Assembly (NCBI GenBank): GCA_964016885.1
Contig: OZ024743.1
Coordinates: forward strand, 152,582,001-152,646,000
Source: Eledone cirrhosa
Taxonomy: Eukaryota
Reading direction: 5' to 3'
Length of the DNA stretch: 64,000 nucleotides
The position numbers were made by a program, and so were the translations under genes. The notes beneath the pieces are model-generated. The model searched no databases. It was not told the DNA's origin and saw only the letters and a program-made list of their open reading frames with translations. Below, one piece after another: positions 12,218 through 24,700 of this stretch. The first letter of the stretch is position 1, and each line of letters begins with the position of its first letter.

Positions 12218-14901
12218 TTACAGGCACATAATCAGAGTAGGTCCATTCACACGGGCCATTCTTGCTTCTCTCACCCATCTTTCAACAAAATGCTGGGAAG
12301 AGAGCACTTCCCTCTCTACCCTGATTTTCCTTTTCAAATGAAATTTTGAAAAATTAATCAGGGCATCACCGAAGAGGTAAGTGCTCGTCTTCAGCCCTTT
12401 CAAACACGTCCACCATACTATCTCTTTCGCCATGGCCACCAGACAGATAAAAACTGCCAGCAATTCCCGGCTAAAGGAGGAGGGCGGGTAAATCCTCATG
12501 ATGGACTCAGCTGATAGCCGGATCCGTCCTACACGCGACAGCAGGTGTTCGACATAAACCCACAAGTCAGCAATTCTCGGACACTGGATGAGTGCGTGCG
12601 GGACCGTTTCGTCGCCCTGCGCGCATCTCGGACATGCCCGGCTGACGGCACCTCCATGCCTGTAGAGTTTATCCCGCACTTTCAAAGCTCCTCGGTAGCA
12701 CTGCCAGGCCGGGGATTTCTGGAAGTTGTCCATAGGCCTCGGCCCGAAAGTTCTTTCGAAGAGATTGGCTAGTTGATTTTCTTTGACGCCTAGAGTTTCC
12801 CCAAGTACGTCGTCACTTTTCCCCTCCACTAATCCTCTATAGAACGCCAAGGTGGAGTTTCCACCGTTCACATTGCCCGGCGGGTCGAGGGCTGTGAGCG
12901 CCTGAAGACATTCCAGTCTCCAAGCGCTCCCTCTAGGTCTTCGCTTGACTCAGGACTGCAGTTCCGTCAAGGAGACGAGCTGGGGAAAAACGCGTCTAGC
13001 AAACGGCGACCACACCTGATTACCGTCGAGGAAGAGGTGGAGATGTCGTAGCCTGAGCGCGTGTCTGCGGATCATCAGCCACGGCATGCCCAGCACTCCA
13101 CGTAGCGGGTGTTGACAGCAGATGGACTGCCTGACAATCGGAGTGCGTCCCTTCCACAAAAAGCGAAACAACAAACGCTCCAACGCAGTCAGGCGAGGCT
13201 TAGGACAAGGCACGACGGTCAGGAGGTAGTAGATGTCGGATGAAATGTACGCATTCGCCACCTCCGCTCGACCTTTCAGGGATAGCTTCCTCTCGGCCCA
13301 TTTCTGGGTGAGAGAAGCCACACTGCTCGTCACCTCGTCCCAGTTTTTGTCCGTCTGGAGGTCCGGACCGAAACAGACCCCTAGCAATTTAACCGGTCCA
13401 TCCGTCCATCGCCCGACGACGCTGTTGGACGGCATGGACCTACCTCTCCAGGTGCCGAGCTACAGGCCCACCGACTTTTCCTGGTTGATCATTGCTCCTA
13501 TCACCGCTTCGTATTCTCTTAGTGTAGTGCCGATCGCCTCGATACCGATCGCCTCACTACGGTAACATCGTCCGCATATGCTGAGACGGATCTTCCGCAT
13601 CCTAGTTCGCGCGGGACTCCCCTCAACGTCTCCAGTTTGTGCAGTAATGGCTCGAGAGTCAATACGTACAAGAGGGACAAGAGGGGACATCCTTGGCAGA
13701 CCGAGCGCATGATGTTGAACGGTTCCGGAAGGTGACCGTTCACTCTCACCATAGAGCAAATGTCGCTTTGCATGGCAGCGATCCAGCCTCTGAAGACGAG
13801 CCCAAAGCCAGCCGCCCTCAGGACTGCCGCTAGATAACGATGTTCAACCCTATCGAAAGCTTTCGACTGAGCTAAATTGATCAAGGACCCACCCGTGACA
13901 GGTTCCCTAGCTACCTTCTCCACGATGTATCGCATGAGGTGGAGGTTGTCGTGGATGGATCTGTCGGGAATGGCGCATGTCTGCGCCTCTCCAACCACAC
14001 CACCAACGACAAGCGCCAACCTCTTTGCTAGCACCTTGGCCAAAATTTTGAACCCTGTGTTTAGCAGAGTTATGGGCCTGGAATTCTCTATGTTACCCCT
14101 TTGTTCGGATCCTTTCTCAGCAGCGCCACTGCTCCTCGGCTCACAGAGCTGGGAATTCTCCCGTTCTGTTTGGAGTTGAAGTAAACGTCCGCCAAGAGGC
14201 CTCCGTACAAGTCTGGCATCTGTACGTAAAGTTCGCAGGGCAGACTATCCAAACCAGGCGATTTACCCCTTGTGCAGCCAGTCATTGCCTCCCGTACTTC
14301 AGCAGCTGTTATCGGCTTTTCGAAACACTCCGCCTCAGTGGCCGAGAGCCGCGGCAGTCCGTCGAGGTAGACACTAAAGTCCATCCCTTGGTCCGGCCCG
14401 CAACTGCCACTGAACAGTTGAGCGAAGTGTTGCTGAAAAGCTTCACACATTTTCCCGGGATTGAGTAGCCTGCTCCGATCGTGGTCCACCAAAGACCGAA
14501 TCATGACTTTGTTGTCACGACCCGCCTCCGCCACTCGGGCCCATTGAACCGCTTTCGTCCCCTCGTGTCTGAGAACCCCGTCAGGGCATAGACGGCCACT
14601 AGCCTGAAAGCTTGCCCTTCTCCGCTGGTCACGTCCAGCACCACCAACTTACCTTCTGGGTCTAGGAAGATGGCGCGTATGGCGAGAAGCACAGCAACTC
14701 CTCCCCCGATCCAGGATGGCTGGGAGATACATACACGTAGCCGCCGAAGATCAGTGCGAAGGCTCATGCTTCGGAGATTCTGGTCTCGCTGATGGCCACT
14801 ACATCTATGTTTAGTGACCTGAGGTCGTTGAGCAGGTGGCCCTGTTTCCATGACGACCCCAGGCCACGCACATTTATGGTGCCTATTCTGAGTGAGCTCA
14901 T
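12218..14901 (-). pseudogene. Tx1 ORF2 (partial APE plus RT), disrupted
   Basis: Fragments SPGLD, SKAFDRVEH, AYADD, CPRC across several frames. Confidence 0.9.
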
Positions 14902-14936
14902 GTTGAAAAGGAGTGGAAAAAGATGGGAAATACCAC

Positions 14937-16896
14937 TTACCTCACTTCTCGTAGAGTAAGGATGGTTTCTCCATCCTTCTCACTGCTTGTGGTCTCTTCC
15001 GGAAAGATGTCCTTATAAATTCTCCTGGAGAGTGTTTGTCGGAAGTCTCCGATGTCCTTCGGGAATTTTTGTTTTAGTGTCGTGTATGTTTTCTGTGTGA
15101 TGCGAGTGATTTGTATGTGTGGAGGTGGTGTGAATTTTTGGGGTGTTGTGTAGTCTTTTTCCGTGATGCTTGTGTTGTGTTAGATGTAGTATAATAATTG
15201 GTTGTTGTTCAAATTTAATGCTGTGTAGTGTGTATCGCTTTGGTTGTTTTGTTTTGTTTGCGTTCGTTATGGGTTTGTTTCTGTTTCGCTTTTTGGTGAT
15301 TTTTGTGGTGTTGGTGATGGTGGTTGTGGGGTTAACGATGATGATGGTGCTGGTATTTGTGGTGATGGGGCTGGTGATGCTGGTGTGGGTGGTGGCATAG
15401 CTGTCTTAACATTTTTGTTTGTTTGCTTATTTGTTTCCCCCTGCATTTTATTTTTGGAGGGCGAAGGAAGAGGATTTTTTCTTTTTGTTTTTTTTTTTCT
15501 TTTTCATTTTTCCTGATACCATTTCCCACTCCCCCTCATCGTCAGAATCTGTCTCCAGTGGGGATAGTTCGGGGAGTGGATAATCCTCCACAGGCGTTGG
15601 TTTTGGTTGTGGCGTGTTGGATGGTGGATGCGCTGGTGCTAATTCTGGGGCGGTGGGTGGTAGTGGTGTTGGTTTTGCTACTGTTGCTGGGGTTGTTGCT
15701 GCTACAGTTACTTCTGTTGTTGCTGCTACAGTTGTTGCTGCCATTTCTGCTGCTGGTGGTGTTGATGGTTAAGTCACTGGGGTGGGTAGGAGAGGTGGCC
15801 TCAACTTTTTAGCCTGAGGGCAAAACCCTTTAGGTGGCTTCCTTCGCCACAAACGATACACCTAGGCCTTCTACCCTCAACGATTACGGTGAGGTGGCCG
15901 CCGTCATTGAGGTCTATCACCTCTGGAATTTCCTCAATGTTATTTTTGGTCCGCTTGGATCAGGAGCTCCATACCAGATCCGGACCAGTTCTCCTGCTAT
16001 TCTTTTGTCCCCTAATTATTTTTGTGTTGGCCTCAATGCCAGCGAGGACGGCAGCCATTAGCCAGGGAATTTCGATGGCCGGCGGAACGTGGGTCACCCT
16101 GATCTTCACGAGTCTCTGACCACAATAGCTTGGAACGAGTGTGAACTCGTCGCTTCTTAATGGGGCCATGGAGTGCTCTCTGCCTTCCTGTGGGATTCCA
16201 AAGAACACGTCCACGGTTCCATATTTCTGCCCACGTCTGATGTGGTTTTTTTTTGCCCACACATGTCCCAAAGCTTTTTTGTATCTGGGACTCAGATGTC
16301 CGTTCCACTCTGCGTGATTTTGTGTTTATCGTCCGATATGACACGGTGCATAGGCGCCGATGCCCCATTTTATTAGATGGTGGGGTGAGGCTGACCCTGT
16401 ACCCATCTTTTTTACCATTCTCTTGGCTTCATTTAATTCATTCTGGCTTACCTCAATTGTTTCGCTTTTCTTGGCTGCTTTGGCAAACTACACATTTTGT
16501 TTTACGCTGGTGTCGATGTTGTTGTTGTTATTCTCATTGTTGTTTTTGTTACTGTGGTTGTTATTGTTATTTTTAGTTTCAGTTGTGGTGGCGGTGTCAG
16601 TGGTGTTCGGCGTGGAAGAGTTGATTCTGGGTGAATTCATTTCGATATCACGAGATAACAATTTATTTTTTTTTGTTTCTGTTGTTGCTGTGGTGGTGCT
16701 GGTGGTGGCGGCGGCTTTAACACCTGCAGTTATTGGTAATGGCGGGAAATGAATGTCTGCATGTGACAAATTTAAATTATTGCCACTGCTTATATTGTTA
16801 GTGTTGGCAACCGTAGTAATGTTTACAATGGTGGTGTTGGTGTGAGGTGTTAATTTGTGAGGAAGGCTGTCAGCTTTGTGTGGCTGAGCCGTCCAT
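14937..16896 (-). pseudogene. Tx1 ORF1 (gag-like, CCHC knuckle, Thr/Pro-rich and Lys-rich tracts), frameshifted
   Basis: Homologous to 26563-28475. Contains CIVCGEGSHLKG.CP and DDEGEWEMVSGKMKKKKK. Confidence 0.85.
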
Positions 16897-17109
16897 GTTT
16901 TTTTTCAAAGAAAGTTTTTGTTTGATGTTTATAAAAGTTAAAATTTTGGGCTCAAGGCCCCACATTTTTTAGTGTCCTTTCAGAAAGCAATATATGTGAA
17001 CTTATAAACACTTAACAACAAACATTTTCCATAACTGGCAATTTGAAACAACTGAAAACAACAAACCTTTGCGGAGCTCACGATAATACGATTTCCTATG
17101 TAGGCCACC

Positions 17110-17160
<51 letters not shown>
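17110..17160. repeat. (TAA)n microsatellite between tandem Tx1 copies
   Basis: Direct reading. Confidence 0.97.
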
Positions 17161-17161
<1 letters not shown>

Positions 17162-17840
17162 GTTTCTTTATTAGCCACAAAGGCTAACATGAAGAAAAAC
17201 ATACAGACGGCACAGAACGGTACGGGACGATACAAAGTGGGTTTTGGTCATGTAAAAAAGGTTATAACAAGAAGATAGAAATATAAAACAAATTCAAACA
17301 ACAAAAATTCCCCAATAGGGGGTAAACTTCCGAGGGTCACTCGTGGCAAAAACTACAGAAAAGACCACGGCCACCCTGACCACCAGGGTAAACACCCTCT
17401 CTCAGTTTTTCACTCCCCAGTCTACAGGCGCATACTCAGCGCGGGCCCGTTCACTCGGACCAGACTCGCCACTTTCACCCACCTTTCAACAAACTTATTA
17501 GAAGACTGCACTTGTCTCTCCACCCTGATTTTCCTCTTCAAGTGAAATTTGAAAAAGTTAATCAGAGATTGGCCGAAGAGGAAAGTGTACGTCTTCAATC
17601 CTTTCAACCTTGTCCACCATACAATCTCTTTCGCCATGGCCACCAGGCAGATGAAAACTGCCTGCCCTTTGTCCTCCTTAAAGGAGGACGGCGGGGCTAT
17701 CTGCACAATGCACTCAGTCGATAACCGGATCCGTCCTACACGTGACAGAAAATGTTCGACATAGCTCCACAAGTCAGCAATGCTCTGACACTGAACGAGT
17801 GCGTACACAGTGGTTTCGTCGCTCTGTGCGCATCTCGGAC
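17161..17840 (-). mobile_element. Tx1 family c, 3' fragment
   Basis: ORF2 C-terminus (KEIVWWTRLKGLK, ERWV..RVNGP). The 3' end is ttagcctttgtggctaataaagaaacc(att)n. Confidence 0.9.
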
Positions 17841-17842
17841 AA

Positions 17843-17934
17843 TTGTTTCTACTTTTGACACAAAGCCAGCAATTATCCTAGTGCATTACTGGTACTTTAT
17901 TTTAGCGACCCTGTAAGAATATAAGGCAAAGTTA
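17843..17934 (-). mobile_element. SINE 3' half
   Basis: Reverse complement of the SINE body and tail. Confidence 0.85.
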
Positions 17935-17963
17935 TAATAATAATAATAGAAATTATTATTATT

Positions 17964-18263
17964 GGTGGATTGGCAGTATCGGTAAAGGGTCGGACACCAT
18001 GCTTTGCAGCATAGAGTTACGTTCCTTTACGGTTTGAGTTCAAATTACGCTGAGGTTAACTTTGCCTTTCATCCTTATGTGGTCGATAAAATAAAGTACC
18101 AGTAATGCACTGGAATAATTGCTGGCCTTGTGCCAAAAGTAGAAACAACTATTATTATTATTCGCCGAGGTTAACTTTACCTTTCATCCTTACGGGGTCG
18201 TTAAAATAAAGTACCAGTAATACACTGGGATAATTGCTGGCCTTGTGCCAAAAGTAGAAACAA
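17964..18263 (+). mobile_element. Two tandem SINEs (near-full 17964-18148; 5'-truncated 18163-18263) separated by (ATT)n
   Basis: A box tggcagtatcggta, B box gagttcaaat, tail ggccttgtgccaaaagtagaaacaa. Confidence 0.9.
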
Positions 18264-18999
18264 TTATTATTATCAATGTTACTCTAACACACTTGCTTGC
18301 TCCCTACGTTTTCAATGCTTGTCCCTGTCTTAACCATAAATTCAACATGGTCTGCCCAGGGAATTTGAAATGGCTGACGTTAAGATTGCAGAGATAAGAT
18401 GGTTGATGTGACATGAGATCTTGTGAGGTCAAGAGGAGGTGTAAATATGGCAGGTATCATTTGGTTATTCAAGGGAAGTAACTCCTGCATTTGTATGTTT
18501 TTAAGTTTGTACGTATGACAAAATTATAAATATACAAAATTATAAACATATACATATCTGTTATGAATTATACTATGTTAAAGCTACAGTTAATTAATCC
18601 TAGTCAGTCAAGCTTACACTATATGCAAATGCGCATCACCAACTTATCCTTCATATGTAAAATAATATTTAATCTATAGCTTATTTTTGAGTGAAGATCA
18701 CTGATAATGGATAAAAATCTAGAAACAAATGTCTGGCATTCGCACATGAGTACTGTGACGGATGACATGATCACAGCTTAAAACATTCATAGCAAGACTC
18801 ATATATGTTTATTATACATAAACATATAGTATATGCCTTTATATACACCTCTATTAGTATATTTAGATGTCTATTTATACACATGTTACACACACACACT
18901 CACACACACACAACCCCTCCCCTCTATATATGTATGTATGTATGTTCCAGCAAAGGGCAGATGAACTCAGCAGAGTCATTGGTCATCCAAACAGTACTT

Positions 19000-19470
19000 T
19001 TTTTTTTACCTGGGAGTGAAAGGTCCCTAGTTGTGGTCAAAACACCTTTCTAAGAGAGGGAAATTGAAAGAAAAACCTGCAGCTTCGGAAGCATCCGATG
19101 ATGTTGACCAGTTTTCTCCTTTTTGGATAGTGTTTTCAATGCTCAGAGAGTGGGATTGGTCGAGTGCAAGGCTTTTCCCCATATATAAAACCTTCAAAGC
19201 ACAGGCATTGTTTGTTCAGGATATGTTACAGCTTCATGTGGCTGGCCGTAGCCTAAAAGTGCACCATTTTCTGTAATCTGACAAGCAATTGCAATACTCT
19301 TAACAGAGTTGGCAGCGATCATGTATGTAAGGTCCAGTAACTCCTGGGGTGGGTGGGGGGTGGGGGTGGGGGGAGTGTCGTAGGGGCACCACATTAACCT
19401 ATGGCATTTCTAGGGTATTTTTTAAAAACCTGGTGGAGCCCAATCCTCTCCAGGTCTGAATACAGAATTT
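19000..19470 (-). pseudogene. Heavily decayed non-LTR RT fragment (possibly Ingi/Vingi/I-like)
   Basis: Piecewise minus-strand translation resembles RT domains 1-3 (IALL..K..RLRP..GF..GKS..SIEN..QK..KTG). Many frameshifts. Confidence 0.3.
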
Positions 19471-19499
19471 CTTCCAGAGAATGATAGAGAGTGATATGT

Positions 19500-19541
<42 letters not shown>

Positions 19542-19570
19542 GTTTAACGTCCATTTTCCACGCTAGTATG
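19500..19570 (-). mobile_element. RTE-type 3' tail remnant with (GAT)n
   Basis: Minus strand reads ctagcgtggaaaatggacgttaaacgatgatgatg, as in the RTE ends at 32440 and 55530. Confidence 0.75.
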
Positions 19571-19597
19571 TGTGTATATATATCTATATATTTGTGA

Positions 19598-19715
19598 AAG
19601 TGCTTGGCTGATAGTTAGAGAACTGGATTCACAATCGTGAGCTTGTGAGTTAGATTCCCAGACCGGGTGATGTGTTATGTCCTTGAGCAAGACACTTTAT
19701 TTCACATTGCTCCTC
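19598..19715 (+). mobile_element. Second tRNA-derived SINE family with a CORE-like domain, partial
   Basis: A/B-box-like head plus tgtccttgagcaagacactttatttcac. Same family as 56493 and 62517. Confidence 0.7.
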
Positions 19716-20641
19716 CTACCTGGATTTGTGACTAATAGAAACATTGTTTCTTCAGTTCGACTTGACAAAAGTCGATTGACTGTCAATATATATACATATT
19801 AGTGAGCTTTTATGTGATAGTGTGATTGTGCATGAAAAGATTACTACTATCTATATTTTTGTTGTTAGGTAGAGAGAAGGTTATTAACATGTAAAATGTT
19901 AACATCATCTATGCTATAGCTAGAAGACACAAATACAGAAATGGAGACATGTTAACTCCAATAACAAATGGAGTTTCTTAACTCAAGTCATTGTAAGAGA
20001 AATAACTATAGCTTGATTAAATTATATATTTGACTGCATTGGTCCAGAAACTAATACAGAATAGACACTTTAGAATCACATGTCAGTTTAGGAATATGGG
20101 ACTGCATCATTTCATAAGAAATCTTAATTCAGCTTTAAAATGTGACGGTCTTGTCACTTTCAATGAGATCTCTTCTTTCTTTTTCTTTTAATGACATACT
20201 TCTTTCTTATTTTTTTCTGTTTCCTTCTTTTTCTCATTCATTCTTTCTCTTTTTCCCTCATTTTTCTCTGCCTCACATATAGTCTACGAAGCGTGTATTG
20301 CCAGTAATTTAATTCTTTAACAAGATGTAGTGTTACAATAATCTCTTGCTGTGCAATGTGTCAAAGTTTGTAAGTTAATGATTACTCTTCAGTAATTGTA
20401 AAAATAGATAAAAACCTCCAAAAATTTAATCTTAAATCTCATTTTGATGAAACAAATACAGGGTGAGTTATTTTAAATTGGCTGTAGTTTCTTTCTGAAG
20501 CTTAACCCTATATAGTGTGTTAGTTTTGGTTTAGAATTGCTGAATTCTGAGAATTTTAAACAATGTCACGTGCTTGCCTGTTTGAAAATTATTATTATTA
20601 TTATTTTTATTATTATATTATATTGTATTGTATTATTATTA

Positions 20642-21420
20642 TTGCCATTTCATTTATCTTGCTTTATGTTCATCCGAGTTATCACCAAGTCACAACCAGT
20701 GACCCAAGTGACAACAAGGTCTGCTATGTTCAAGAAAATTGCACACACACATGTATCTTTAGGTGTTTAGACTTGTGATATACTTATATTGACATAATCT
20801 TGCTTAGTATATGGGTAGATGCCATTAGTACTATCTTTTGTATTTCTTCTGTACGTGGGTTTCCTGGGATTTAGGATAAGTGATCATTAAGCCCCTTAGA
20901 TATCATTCCTAGAGCGCCTACAACCACTGGTATTGTTTTAGTTCTCAACTTCGCCATTTTTCCAATCTCTATATTTGCCAATTTTTCAAACGTTTTATAG
21001 ATACATTCTTGTCTATAGGAACAGTCATGTCAATTAGCAGGCATACCCTCTTCTTAAAGTCCTTCAGTATTATATCAGATTTATTTGCATCTATTTTTTG
21101 GTCTGTTTGAATGATAAAATGCCACAAAATTGAAATATGACCTTTTCAAGTATGGGATGTTCCCACCAATTCTTTTGGTAGGGTAGGTCAAAATGCTTAC
21201 ACATCATCCAATGTATGTATTGTTATGCTCTGTCGTGCCTGTTAAGGTATGGATTTGGCACTATAAGACTGCACATTGAAATTATATGATCAACAGTCTC
21301 TGGTAGTTGTTTTAGACATGGCACAATGGTTTGCATCCATTTTTTAATATGTTGGCTTGATAATTTTTTGTTGGCAGACACTGTTCTTGTGCTGATATAA
21401 TCAGACCTTCAATCTCCGAA
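20642..21420 (-). mobile_element. Dong/R4 family A, older 5'-truncated copy
   Basis: Reverse complement of the Dong-A 3' region and UTR, preceded on + by degenerate (ATT)n. Confidence 0.88.
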
Positions 21421-21429
21421 TTTTTACTC

Positions 21430-21508
21430 AATTATATTGTAAACCCCCACTGTTCATGTCTTTGTATTGTGCCCTACATGTCGGCCCTTGTGACCAATAA
21501 ATGAAATC
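21430..21508 (+). mobile_element. Tx1 family b, extreme 3' tail only
   Basis: gtctttgtattgtgccctacatgtcggcccttgtgaccaataaatgaaatc matches the reverse complement of 10974-11050. Confidence 0.85.
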
Positions 21509-21516
21509 ATTATTAT

Positions 21517-21694
21517 TGGATTGGCAGTATCAGTAGAGGGTCGGACGCCTTGCTTTCCAGCATAGTTAAGTCCCTTTACGATCTGAGTTCAAATCCCGCT
21601 GAGGTTGACTTTGCCTTTCATCCTTGCGGGGTCGATGAAATAAAGTACCAGTAATGCACTGGGTAATTGCTGGCCTTGTGCCTAAAATAGAAAC
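21517..21694 (+). mobile_element. tRNA-derived SINE with (ATT)n tail
   Basis: A box, B box, body and tail all present, followed by (ATT)n at 21695-21737. Confidence 0.92.
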
Positions 21695-21695
21695 A

Positions 21696-21737
<42 letters not shown>

Positions 21738-21749
21738 GCCATTGTTATT

Positions 21750-24700
21750 CCTTGAATCTCAGTCATTGATGTTGGTTAACTGGAAAGTCCGTTGGATTGA
21801 ATATCAAGCCACTACCTGCAGCCTCAGATATTCAGGACGTATCGGAGGGTTCTTGCTGTTCCAAGTAAGCATGCCTTTTGAAGCGTTCCAAAAAGCGTGA
21901 AGGGGCCGATTTTCTTTAACCATCCCTGGAAACCTTTGGAGATAGTCCCCAGTGCGCCTATGACAATCGGGATCACTTTGACTTCATGGCAGTTCCAAAT
22001 CCTTTTCACCTCCCACTTTAGGTCCTGGTATCGGTTAATTTTCTCCCTCTCCTTCTCTTGCACTCTCGTGTCGAACGGGCAGGCCACATCCACAATCAGG
22101 CACGATCTTTTTTCTTTGTCCACAACCACCAGGTCAGGTCTATTGTGTTCCAGTTTTTTGTCCGTCTGTATCCTAAAATCCCACAGCACCTTCACCTGAC
22201 TGTTCTCCATCACCGCCTCTGGCCTATGCTCATACCATTTCTCAGAATGTGGTAGATTGTTTACTTTGCACAGGTGCCAGTGGATCACCCTGCCCATCAC
22301 ATCGTGTCTCCAGCCCTTATAGTGGGTCTGGGCTAGGTGTTTACACTCGGACACAATGTGAGCCACAGTCTCCTCTCTCTCTCCACAGATCCTGCACAGT
22401 GGGCTAGCCTCCTCCTTGTAGATATGGTGCTTCAACCACTTCGTTTTGAGGGCCTGCTCCTGCGCAGCCATTAGCATTCCTTCTGTAGCCTTTTTGAGGT
22501 CTCCTCTTCTCAACCAGTTCCATGTCTGTGGATCTCTAAATTCAGTTTTCTCAAAGAAGGTACTATGAAGGGATTTTCCCTTAAGGCTGCTCTTCCTCCT
22601 TGATGTTATTTCCTCCTTGGGCATCCCCTGGCCTACTGTCCCCTCCTTCAGTACAGTTCTGAGCATTGGCTCCTTACTATAGGTCACGTATTTGTATAGG
22701 TTGTTTTTCTCCATCTGAACACAGTCCTCTATGCTGATAAGACCTCTTCCACCCTCAGATCTCCTTAGGTAGAGTCTATCGACATCACTCCTCTTGTGGA
22801 ACATGTTGTAGATAGTCAATAGCTTCCTAGTCTTCCTATCCATTTCTTTTTGTTCAGCAACATTCCATCTCAGAATTCCCGCACTGTACCTAATAATAGA
22901 CACAGCTCGGGAATTTACTGCGCTTATGGCATTTCTGCTGTTCAGATGTGACTTCAATACGCTCCTTACTCTCCGAATGTATTCAGTTCTTAACAATTCC
23001 TTCATTTTTTTGTTCTTTATGCCATCAGCCTCCAGAACGCCCAAATACTTGTATCCTTCCTCAGAGTCAATTTCCTTTATCATCCCACCTGTTGGTATCT
23101 GGATCCCGTTACTTCTGCTCAACCTACCCCTCTTCATCACAATGACTCCACATTTACCAATACCAAACTGCATACATATATCACTGCTGAAAATACGGAC
23201 AGTGTCAACAAGCACATCCAACTCCTTCTCACTTTTCCCGAAGAGCTTAAGATCGTCCATGAAGAGGAGGTGATTGATGGTAAGCTCTCCCCTTCCCAAC
23301 TTGTATCCTGCTCTCACTTTTCGCAGCATAATGGTCAAGGGCATCAGGGTAAGGACAAACAACAGAGGGGACAGGCTATCTCCCTGGAAGATACCTCTCT
23401 TGATCTTCACGCTTCCCAAGGATACTCCAGTTGATGTCAACTCTGTCTCCCAGGACCCCATACTCCTGCCCAGCAACTGTCTGATGTTATCTGCCACCCT
23501 GAAGATCTCCAGGCTTTTGGTGATCCAGGAATGAGGCACCATGTCAAATGCCTTTCTGTAGTCTATCCATCCCATGGCAAGATCAGTGTGTCTCCTCCTG
23601 CAATTCCCCATTACCATCTTATCAATAAGCAACTGGTCCTTTGTACCACGTGACTTCTTTCGGCATCCTTTCTGTTCGTCCGGTAACAAGTTGTTTGTGT
23701 GGAGGTGATGGTAGATTGCCTCAGACACAATGCTCGTCAACAGTTTCCACATTACGGGCAGACATGTGATAGGTCTATAGTTGGTAACATCATTACCCTT
23801 GATTCGGTCTTTCATTATCAGAACTGTGGTACCTTTTGTCAACCACTCTGGCACCTCACCCGACACCAAGCAGTCATTGAACATGGCCGTCAGCTTCGGG
23901 TGGAGGGATGTTAAATGTTTAATCCAATACCCCTGCACACCATCTGGGCCTGGTGATTTCCAGTTGGTTAGTTTTTTGGCTTGCCCCTTAAGAGTTTCAA
24001 CTGTGATACTCAAATCAGTCTGTTGTTGCGCCTGCTCACCGATCTCCCTCTGTACTGTCTCAATCTACCCTGCCTGGGCATTGTGTCTAACATCCTGCTC
24101 CCATATTCCTCTCCAGAATGTTTTAGCTTGTTCCGCCCCAGGGATCAAGTCGTTGCCTCTTTCTTTCCCCTCAAGCTGTCCAAACAGCATCTTCTGGTTG
24201 TTGTCGAACATGCGGTTCTGTTTATACTGACTGACTCTGTTCTCGTATCGCCTGATTTTGGCACTCTTTGCTACAATGCGTTGCTTCAATTCCTCTATGA
24301 TAATATTTAGCTTTTTACTCCTAGTTTTGTATTTTATTTCCAGTCTATTTTTAGTGCCTATGTTTTTTAGTGTCCCATTCAGTAGTGACTCAAGCTTTCC
24401 TATGTCATTTCTCATTTCCCCGATTTGCCCACTCAGTCGCTTCTTCCACCACGGCTCTGCTCTTTCTTGTCTGTTGTTTCCTCTCGCTTTTATACCAAGT
24501 AGTTTCCTCACCGTATTTGCTGTTGCTTTGAGGATATTGTTGCACTGGTGAAGGCTCCTCGCCTCAAGGTATGGGATGACTTTGTTTACCTTAGCTGTTG
24601 TTTCTTTTAACTTTTTCCTGTCTACAAATCTTAGGTTCATAGGTCTCCCACTATCATTGTTCAATTCATCTACCACTAAATTTAGGATGTCAACCGAATC

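Larger units (their letters stand above)
11977..17109 (-). mobile_element. Tx1 family a, both ends present, internally deleted
   Basis: 5' end ggtggcctacataggaaatcg matches 26353. Flanked by (ATT)n on both sides. Most of the APE is deleted near 14578. Confidence 0.94.

Noticed and set aside
24060-24070. Programmed stop-codon readthrough or a two-ORF structure in Dong-B
   Set aside because: The paralog has TGG at this position (48103-48105), so it is a simple nonsense mutation or a sequencing error.
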